Source of the DNA: Camelus dromedarius
Taxonomy: Eukaryota
Length of the DNA: 64,000 nucleotides
NCBI RefSeq assembly: GCF_036321535.1
Contig: NC_087437.1
Location: 78,680,001 to 78,744,000 of the forward strand
Reading direction: 5' to 3'
Position 1 is the stretch's first letter, and the number at the start of each line of letters is the position of its first letter. Shown piece after piece: positions 54,795 through 64,000 of this stretch. The translations under genes and the position numbers were made by a program. Below the pieces are notes generated by a model. It saw only the letters and a list, made by a program, of their open reading frames with translations. It ran no database searches and was not told the origin of the DNA.

Positions 54795-57700
54795 AAACTT
54801 AATTATAAGAGGAGACCTTGAAACCATAAGGTTGCAGCTACCAGTTGCCAGCAGACACTGCTTTGAAAATGGCTGGTGGTGTTCCAAGTCTGACACAGCT
54901 CAGAAAACTCAAGTTCACAGCAATACAGAAACTTGCCTGGAATTATGTCTACAATGGCTGCCTAGTTTTACCTTGGATGTCTGAACTACAATTATTCCAT
55001 TTTGGCTTTCAAATGCATCTCTCTCCTTAATGGCCAAAGAAGATGTCACCACTAATGATTTTAGTGTGTTTCTAGATATGAGGAAATTCAAGAATTTGGG
55101 CTCATAAAATCTTCTCCTGAAAACATCTAACTATCTGAAGGTCTGTTCTGCCAGTTTATCTTAGAGAACTGACTACCTCATTCCTGACCTCCACCCTGAA
55201 CTCCTTTTAGGGTGTGCTGAAGGACAGTAATTGCAGTGGCTTGTGACTTAATCCTTGTAGAAGCAGATGGCAAGCACCAGTTTTAGTTGTCAGGGCTCCC
55301 TCATGATGATAGATTCCACAATAGCTTGGGAGGCATTTTATGACCATTTTTTTCTATGGTGCTAGGAATGCTCATTCCTAGGTCAGGTGAGGATTTCGTT
55401 GTTAAGGCCACTCAATGTCCTATTGCTAGACTTACTAATAGTAGCCAAAATTCTCTGGACCACCTATTTTACTCATCTGTTATGATCCAGGGAAATATTC
55501 CCTCTTATTGCTTCTTCTCATATCTAGAATTACACTATTATAATTACAAATTTCCTATATAACTATATATCTGGTTAACTGCTTCAAGTTGCCACATCAT
55601 CATTTTATCAGAAGCTCAGTCACACATTTGGTAATGCAAGAAACAATAATTTTGTAAAACACAATATGCAAATAATATAATTAGCAGTATAGTAAGGTCA
55701 TAAGTATGAATTTAAGTTAAGAACTTCCATTAGGTGCAGCTGTGTACCAATTCTGTACCAATCCTTGTCTTTAATAAAAATTATATATTGGCATTATCTG
55801 TAAGGTACCCAGCCCAATTTCCTAGTATTAGTCTGGTTATTCTTAGTATGATTTAATTTTTCCCAGCATAAGGGATCCTTTAAACTTAAATGACCACAGT
55901 CTGATGTTAACCACATAAATTCATCCCATAATTGTGGGAAATTATATTCTTTGGCTGAAATTTTGCTTGCTGCTCTGATTGAGCTTGAATAACTTTAGAA
56001 AAAAATTAACATTTATGGGCAGGGTCAGAGCAGGTATTATTAATTGTCCAGGTGAGGGCATCCCACCAAATAAAATCACTAGTGGCCTGAAAAGGACTAT
56101 AATTTCTTTCTTCTAGAATAAATTTCCTAAGGGTCAACCAACAGGATCCTTGGAGTGGAGAAATCCACCAAGGTAATCCAGAAGTACTAGATACAGGTAA
56201 CTGATCACAAACCTAGCAATTGAATTTACTTTAACATTGTGAAATACATTTAGTTCCTGAGCAAAGTGAGCAATTATCAAAGTAATTGGCATACAGGCCA
56301 AATCTGGATTTTTGGGTCAGCTGTCTACATCAGATAATTTCTTCTCATCCTGTTCTGGTAGTACTTTTACAAATTAATTTTAGTAATATCATTTAGAGGT
56401 TAGAACATACACACACACCCACACCACATCAGAAACAAAATAAGAGCAATGTTTAGTGATTAAAGCAAAACATAATCCCAGTTTCTGAGTTCTGAGGGCA
56501 GCCAGTAGAGAAGATTTTTAGATGTCTGGCTTGAAGCATCATCAGATGGAGTGAGGGCAGATGGTGGCAGACTGACAGATATTCCTGGTTTGCAGTTTGA
56601 ATGTACCTAGTAATCATTCTAAGTGGCCTACACAGTAACAGTCATAAGGATTGTTTATAAATGAGCTATGGGGTGATTTTTCTGAAGTTTATATAAAGTT
56701 GTAAAATTTTAGCTTGCATAAAAGCTTTGGAAACAGGGCAGTTTTAGTTCTTAATGAATCCAAGTCAAAAGCGTGGGAGAAAAAAATAAAAACAGTAGTT
56801 TAGAGAGTTGTAGCCAAATACTGGAGGAAAGTAGGAGAATTCAGGATGAAGTACACTTTACAGGTAGAAAACAAAACCTTAAAAGACAAAAAACAGCACT
56901 GAAATCTAATATCCACAAAAGTGTGCTACTGAAACAATTTTTCTGTCTACAACTACCTTCATTTCTACTAAAGATAACCAACTGAAGACTAATTTGTTTG
57001 CAAAATGAATTTAGTTTCATTGAACTTGTTCCAATTATTTACATGAGTACAGCAAAAAATAGAGATTGACCATAAATTAGCCTCTTTTAAACCTGCTGTG
57101 CTGGAACTTTTCATCAAGAATCTCGACTGAACACTCAAATGTCCCTTATGGCCAGGAAGCCAGGCCAAGAACTTGCCATCAGATTCACCAGTAATACTTA
57201 TTTGGGTAAACTCCTTTTTTCTTGAGGTTCCCAAAATATATTGAAGTTCCTGTACCTACCAGGAAGTGACCTTCCTTACTCACCTGGTAAGGCCTCTGAG
57301 AACCCTATAAGCAAGATGCAAGGCTGTTTCTTCCAAGGGATTTTATTGGCTCCAAGAAGCCAACCTTAGTTTCTTAAAGCTGTCTGGTCATATCTGAGTC
57401 TATGCATGGCTCTTTCCAAATATGATATTCCAGTCAAATATCTTGGTGATATAACTAATATTTCTAATTTTTCCCTGTTATAAGGATAACAGATTTTTTG
57501 CTGAACTTAAGCAAATAAATATATTGCCATGAAAATGTAAGAATACTTACTGGAAGTTTTCGAGTTCTAGAGGAATCAGATAGGAATAAAAAGTACATGT
57601 TTACTCTTTGTTCACAATGGTATATCTTACCAAATTGTTAGTAGGTTAAGAGAAAAGAGAAAAATATTTCCTAAAATCTGAAAAAGCAAAATAGAGAAAT

Positions 57701-58197
57701 AGCAATAAAACAAAAGTTATAAAATAATCATCCTCATCAGTTCATTCAGCTCCTTGTAATTAATTCTTGTTGATCTTGATCTTTTGTTAGAAATTTTATG
57801 AAGTAATCAGTTTCTTCATTAGAGTTCTATAAATTCTTAGCCAGTTAAGTGGAATGATATGAAAGTTAATTAGAAAACTATATTCTAGAGTAATTTTCAG
57901 AGTTCTTTCCATGAATCTCTCTGATGATGAAATATATTTGCAAAAGCATCACAGTAAGACATATCTGTTTATAAATGAAAAAAGACTTAAAAAGGTCATG
58001 GTTAAAGGTTTGGTAAGAGTTTATTATAATGCTATTGGCAAGGAAATTTGGTTATTTCAGTAACATGGCATTTGAAAATAAAATAGAATTCCAAGTTTTA
58101 ACACAGAAGGACTTAGAGTTTTAATACTTCCATACAATTTATGAAACACACATTAATAACATGTATCCACATAAATATAAAGAAAGCTTAGCATCAC

Positions 58198-58305
58198 TTT
58201 TTTGTATATATATATTTTTATTGAAGTATAGTCAGTTTATAATTTTGTGTCAATCTGGTGTATAGCATAATACATGAACATATATATTCATTTTCATATT
58301 CTTTT
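58198..58305 (-). mobile_element. Short lineage-specific L1 3' end inserted in ERV internal sequence
   Basis: 'ttttattgaagtatagtcagtttataattttgtgtcaatctggtgtatagcataa', the same family as 40366-40712. Confidence 0.75.
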
Positions 58306-59234
58306 TCATTTGACAATGCTTCCCATGTAATTTAACATACAAAACAAACCTAATTAATTTAATATATATCTTCTATAAGGAGAGAGAACAAATAATTTGA
58401 GGGTTTTTCCAGGGATCCACTGGAAAATTCTCAAAGTTATTTTCAGGTCAGAAAGACTTAACTTAGAATTTAATTTTTAGGAAGTTTGTGATAAATATAA
58501 AAAGGTTTTAAAACAAATAGTATTGTAAATCACTGTGAAACAATATGTAGCTATCTATATGACCAAAGTGACAATAGAAGATGTTAAAGGCAAATACAGT
58601 TTGTTCACACACAAATTTTTTTCTCAAGATTCTTTTTCAAAAAACATTCTACAGCTTTCTACACCAATTTTAGTTTGTCCCTTTTTATGCTTCATCTTGA
58701 AATAAATTAGTGTATTCGTTTATTTATTCGTTCATTCATTCATTCCATTCCATTCTTGAAATAATCAGCTTTATTTTAAGATGAAATCACTTTCACTTTC
58801 CTCAAGAAAAGTGCATCCTCATTCCTCATTTCTTTCTTACCCCAAAATACATCTTACTTTCCTTGCAGACAAAGATGTTTTCCTTATTATTTCTAGTAGC
58901 TTTAATTACATATATCAGTTAGAATTCTTAATCCTTAGAAACCTTAACTAAGGAGTAAACAATCGAACAGCCTTACATCAGTATTTTGTGGCTTGGCAAA
59001 TTTATAAATGCATTTTATAATTTTTAGAGACATACACTACTTCACAGTACAATCTTTCAATAAAGCAAAAGATATGTCTATTAGTAGACCCTGTTAATAG
59101 CAGGGTGTATCTTTTTGAGTTAATTCTTATTTTGTGGTTGGCTTTATTCCTTTGATAACTATGTAAGTTTAAAAAGCTAAAAATGTTCTTAGAAACAATG
59201 AACAGTACATATATGTAAATTAAAAGGTATATGT

Positions 59235-59787
59235 GCAATGAAAAAAAAAAAGAAAAAGAAGAAAAAAGATCTATCAAGCCATGAAAGACATGGAAGAAAC
59301 TTAAAAGACATATTACTAAATGAAAGAAGCAAGTCTGAAAAGGCTACAAACAGTATTATCCCAACCCAATGACATTCTGGAAAAGGCACAGCTACAGAAA
59401 CAATAAAAAGATTGTGGTTTCCAGGGGTTTGGGGAGAGGGAGAGAGGGGGGAATGAATAGATGGAGCACAAGGGACTTTTAGGGCAATGAAATTATTCTG
59501 TATGATACTATAGTGGTGGCTACATGTTGTTATGCATTTGTTGAAATCACAGAATGTACAACATCAAGAGTGAACCCTAATGTAAACTACGGACTTTTGT
59601 TGATAATAATGGGCCCATGTTGGTTCATCGATTGTACCAAATATCCCATGCTGATGAGGGATGTTGAGGGTAGGGGAGTATATATGTGTGGGTGGGGAGG
59701 GCTATGTGGGAACTCTGTATTTTCTGCTCAATTCTGTTGTGAACCTGAAACTTCTCTGAAAGAATAAAGTCTATTAAAAAAAAAAAA
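59235..59787 (+). mobile_element. L1MC1-like 3' end with polyA tail
   Basis: 'ctatcaagccatgaaagacatgg', 'gagtgaaccctaatgtaaactacggacttt', 'aataaagtctatt' followed by A12. Confidence 0.88.
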
Positions 59788-61059
59788 TAGACCCAAATTT
59801 TTCCTTAGTTCCTCTGTAATCAGAAACCAAAAGTAAATAAGCCTATATTCAGCAATTAATGTTTCAGCATTTTATCTTATTTGGAAATGATCTATACATT
59901 CAGTTTCTATCATTTAATTAAACTTATCAAAACTGCAAGGTTTCAGGTTTGCAAAAAGATTTGGGGGGGCTACTTAACATGTTTACCTAGAAACTTGTAT
60001 CTCATTTACATCGATTTACTTTTTTTTTTTTTTAACAATTATGTTTAGAATACCTATGAAAACTTTTTGAGACATTAGACAAAGTCAACCATCATCTCCA
60101 GGTTTTTTACTTTTATTTATTTATTTATTTGCTGACAAATTTTATAACAGAGATAACATGAACTTATTTGATTAATAACCCATGTGGAATAAAAACTGCA
60201 TATCTGCATTAATATCTGCCACCAATAACTCTGAAAGCATAACTAGTTTAATTAAACCAACACACTTAAACAATTTTTTATTTAACAGATAGTGTATATT
60301 TTGCTAACTTGAAAAAAAAAGGGTTAGTTTATTTTGTCTTTGAGAAATTTTATATAAGTACTTGTTTAAGTCAATTAAATAGAGCTCTTTTACAAATTAA
60401 TTTTAATGATACCACCTAGAAGTTAAGAAAAAAATTACATATCCACACCATACATATGCAGACTCACAAACATACAGACAGACATAGAGATCTTATAGCT
60501 TTTGTCCAAAAAATTTTTAGTCATAAGATGGGTACAGTAGTACAAAACTCACTAGTTTATAAAATAACATTGGATCCAAGCTTAGTTCTGGCAGTTGGAA
60601 AAGTTAAGATTATCTCTCCAGATGGCTAACGAGTTTTTACTAATATTTGTAGGTAAGATTTTTAAGGTTTCTCATTTGTCCAATTTCTGAATATTCCACC
60701 CCACTTTCTTCCTCTGATGAGAAACATCTTAAATTTTGCGTTTCAAAGAAGGTCTCTTAGGTCCTAGAGAAGATGGAGGTAGACAACCTACATCACAAAG
60801 GTACAGTTCTCACATCCCAATATCTACACGCATTTTGAGAATAGTAGGAAAAGTTTTGGATGGTAAAGATAGGTAAGCTTTTATTTTGCTTCTAGAGCTA
60901 CATTCTTGGTTTTGTAGAGATTTGCAAGACAAAAACAGTTTTTCATAAAGCCCATTCAAATATACCAACTTTCCTACAAACTTTCAGCTCATTCCATCAA
61001 CTCATATCTCAAACCATAGCCTTCACTAGGACCCCATCAACATGTCTTGGTCTTACAAT

Positions 61060-61340
61060 TCTGGGTGAGGAAGCACTCCCAGACATAACATCCATTCCTA
61101 TTAAACACTCGAGCAACACTGACATAACCTCTTCACATAATACCTGCTCAAACATCCTATCAATCCTTATACTTTTACATTTTTTTTTCAATCTAGTCCA
61201 TCAGTACCTCACCGATGGATTTTGGTACCAAGCTCAGGCTCTCACATCAAGAAGTCCTGGAAACTACTCCTCTCCACACTCCCTTCGGAGGGTCATTTTA
61301 CCCATTCTTGTGCAAAAGACCTTGGGTCCCCAGAGGGGTT
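61060..61340 (-). pseudogene. pro: Retroviral aspartic protease remnant, class III (ERVL-like)
   Basis: Minus-strand, frameshifted: GDPRSFAQEWVK* ... GEE*FPGLLDVRA (active-site LLDTG equivalent at 61237-61254) ... VMSVLLECLIGMDVMS; compare ERVL GDLRPF...GLLDTGS...VISPVPECIIGIDILS. Confidence 0.75.
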
Positions 61341-61436
61341 AAATCAAGGGGCCCAGGCCCTTCTGTCAATTTTTAACTCGATTAACTGCCCTAATTGTTG
61401 CCCCAAGCAATTACTAGTCAGGTTTCTCATTGTAAT

Positions 61437-61895
61437 TGTTGATGAAAAATTAATCAGTCTACCCAAGAAAGAAATGAAAAACTTTATTTGAGCCAAATTT
61501 GAGGATCATAACCCTGGAAGAGCATCTCAGAATGCTCTGAGAACTGTTTTGTTTGTTAGTAGTCAAGGCACAGTTATGTAAGTTTTGAGACAGTGGGCTG
61601 TATATTAAATGACATATTTTTATTGACAGTTTACACAATTCATATCTAAGCATCATTGTGATCCCTTGCAAGATCAAGAAGGAATGTGATCTTTTAAGGA
61701 GTTGTCTTGTTGACACTGGAGAATGTTGCTGGTTACGGTTGAGCAGGTATTTCTGCCAATAGGGGAGGTTTGGTCCATGGGTAAATGCAGATACACAATG
61801 CACAGAAGTGGGGAAAGAGGAGGCCAAAAGGCACAGAAAATTTTTTATGTTTAAATTTTTCTTATCATATCATAAAATATGAATTTTACTGCACA
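61437..61895 (-). mobile_element. ERV1 solo LTR (MER41-related) inserted at the gag-pro junction
   Basis: TG...CA termini; perfect TSD taat (61433-61436, 61896-61899); antisense polyA 'ctttatttgagccaaat'. Confidence 0.85.
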
Positions 61896-63509
61896 TAATT
61901 TTTACCTTCTTGATTTAAAAAAAATATTCTCTAAATGGGATAAATAGAGCAGACTGGTTTGGGGCCCTTTAATGTTGGAGAATGACTAGCGGGGGACACT
62001 TTGGCCCAGCTAGCTATATATAGGTAGTGCTATATTCAGAACCTTTGTTTTAACTCCATCATGTTTGTTTTATTCATTTCTTTTCTTTTCTTTTTTAATT
62101 TTAAATGCCCAGAGCTGGTGGTGTCCTCTGTCTGGCCCAGAAGTGTGCCTTCTGGGAGTAAGTGGGTCCTAGGCCAGGTGCACTGGACTATAGGAGGCAT
62201 ACCCTCAGGGGCCCTCATTGTTTCCCCGATGCTGCAGAGAAACCGGGTGACCCTCCAGGCCAAACTACTTCCTAATTCCATTTCTTACTAATCATCTAAA
62301 GATTTAAATCACTCTGGGAGAAGTCCTGCAACTCTTCTTTTCCAATTTCTCTTATTCTACCTCTTTCAATATTTGCTTTATTTACCTTATTTCTTAATAA
62401 TCCTTCAAAAATTTTCACCTGTTGGGAAGAGTCCCTTGATTCTCAGCCTGTTCCCATTCTCTTGTTAATTTAACCTAATGTTTTTTACTAGCATCTCTAA
62501 GAACCATGAAAGGAAGCTGAGACCACAAATTTGATAAGGTTTCCCAAACAGGTTTTTATTTTTAAGGGAGTTCTTAAAGCTAGCTGTTATATTTCTTTGT
62601 ATCCACCTTTTAATTTCTTCTTTCCCATAGGTACCAATAAGACAGCTGTTTATAATGAGAGCTGTCTAAAACTTTACCAATATAGAAGTTTCTCTAATAC
62701 AAAGGATCCATTGTCTGGCCATTGCTAAGTAGGATCTTAATAGTGACTGAAACCAATAAGCCTTTCATAGCTTAATCATGGATGCAAGAGGCATCTCCAA
62801 AAGAGAGTGCAAAAAGATATAGCTCTCATAAGATGAAGTTTCAGTCTCCAAAACAGCCTATGAGAGCAAAGAAGTTCATTGCACAGGCAGTAAGAATGAT
62901 GTCATTAACAAAGCAAAAAAGTTTGAGACGAAAAAGGCACCTTATGGGCTGAAAACCCTTATGACAAACTTCCCTGATAGCTGGCATGGCTGGACAAAGA
63001 GATACCAGTCACAAGCCCAGGTTATGCTAACTGTGCTTCTGACAAGCTGGCGAGAGTTGCTTGGAATCCTAGCCTATTCAACTGATGGTCAAATGCACAC
63101 TGGTAAGTGCACTTTCTGGATTGTGGACAGCAGATAGAATATTCTCACTGATCATAAAGCCAAGCTCTCAGGACATAGAACAAGACAAATAGCACAACAG
63201 AGACAAAGAAAAACTATGACCATCTCTGGAATAGAATGGATCAATAAAGCCAAGAGTACTCTACCAAATTTGCCAGAGTTGCTAATAAGCCCAAGAAATT
63301 AGCTCTAGAAGTATTTTCTCCTGATAATATAAATTTAGAAAAGCGAAAAAGGGTTCTCTTACCATTCTTGCTTCCAAAAGACACTGAAGGCAGAGATCTG
63401 GAAGACTAACATGGTAAGAATTCCTACCTTTTGTGGGTCTTATCAGATGTCCCAGGATCTTTCAGCTGCAAGCAGACTCAGAGGTAGCACAGTTCAACCC
63501 AGGAAGTTA

Positions 63510-63527
63510 ATTCTGCCAACTACACCA
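63510..63527 (-). other. Primer-binding site complementary to tRNA-Ser
   Basis: Minus strand reads TGGTGTAGTTGGCAGAAT, 2 nt after the LTR CA end; 15/18 match to TGGCGTAGTCGGCAGGAT (complement of the tRNA-Ser 3' end), with two mismatches being CpG transitions. Confidence 0.85.
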
Positions 63528-64000
63528 ACTGTGGGAGAATGGCATGAGACAGATTAGCAGGAGAAAATCAAGTTTAATTATGTATGTATGTGGTGAGGGT
63601 TGTAAGAATATATGGCCCAAAGACAAGTTAGGCAATTGAAGCTCATATGCCATCTGAGAGAAAAAGAAGAGGATGAGGTTTAGGACTTCAAAGGGAAGGA
63701 AAGCAATTCACAGGAAGATGAAAATGAGCAACTGTTTGGTAAATTAATGTTTGCCGGGCCATAAAGGAACAATAGGACACAGAGAAGAATTTTAATAAAC
63801 AGACTTTGCTAGGTTCCTCCCTGTCAACTCCAACTATTCATTTTATACTATAGTTATTTATGATGATAACTCCCTTCCTGGAACAGTCTTTCATCCAAAT
63901 TCCTTTAGGCAGTTAGTTTCCATTTTACAACAGTTCTCTTTCCTCTCAGGCCTGAAAATTTGAAAGATTAGGAAGAAATATTTATAGTCATCTGTGACAA

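Larger units (their letters stand above)
52332..63915 (-). mobile_element. Degenerate ERV provirus with MER34-like LTRs: partial 3' LTR 52332-52603, internal 52604-63529, partial 5' LTR 63530-~63915
   Basis: Two same-strand homologous LTR segments (roughly 80% identical by eye); PBS next to the right LTR; degenerate PPT next to the left LTR; AT-rich MER4-group-like internal sequence; gag and protease remnants. Confidence 0.75.

Noticed and set aside
54594..54896. Co-opted syncytin-like env gene
   Set aside because: Only ~45 codons of TM similarity remain, the CX6CC cysteines are lost, and there is no SU, furin site or membrane anchor in frame.
61520..61545. STAT1/GAS sites in the MER41-related LTRs
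   Set aside because: The closest matches (atctcagaa, ctctgagaa) miss the TTCN3GAA consensus, and I see none in LTR A or B.
1..64000. The 60-125 aa ORFs in the supplied track as host genes
   Set aside because: They are short, compositionally biased, and mostly inside repeats; the only recognisable ones are decayed L1 or ERV domains. No coherent exon chain is visible.

Overview
AT-rich mammalian genomic DNA, most likely a camelid (Camelus/Vicugna/Lama). The assignment rests on a tRNA-Ala-derived SINE of the Vic-1 type and cetartiodactyl-type L1 3' ends, with no Alu, BovB/Bov-tA or PRE-1 seen. I can support no host protein-coding gene; every recognisable ORF is a decayed transposon fragment (L1 ORF1/ORF2, ERVL pol/IN/dUTPase, retroviral protease, env TM). 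Bases 1-42 kb are ordinary intergenic or intronic sequence with old eutherian repeats (MLT1, MER5A, MER45A, MER2-like, MIR, L2, L1M) and a deleted ERVL provirus. Bases 42-64 kb are a dense, nested cluster of ERV1-type LTRs around an ~11.6 kb minus-strand provirus that has a tRNA-Ser primer-binding site and an ERVL-like (class III) gag-protease segment. The most unusual signal is an inverted pair of MER41-like solo LTRs 3.4 kb apart. Their ends differ by ~12% but their 328-bp cores are identical. One copy also carries a templated micro-inversion insert and a perfect 3x89-bp triplication of its TATA region, consistent with a break repaired by gene conversion from the inverted partner. Repeat family names come from recall of consensus sequences, not from a database search, and boundaries of old repeats are approximate. 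I found no evidence for a new gene-encoded system.
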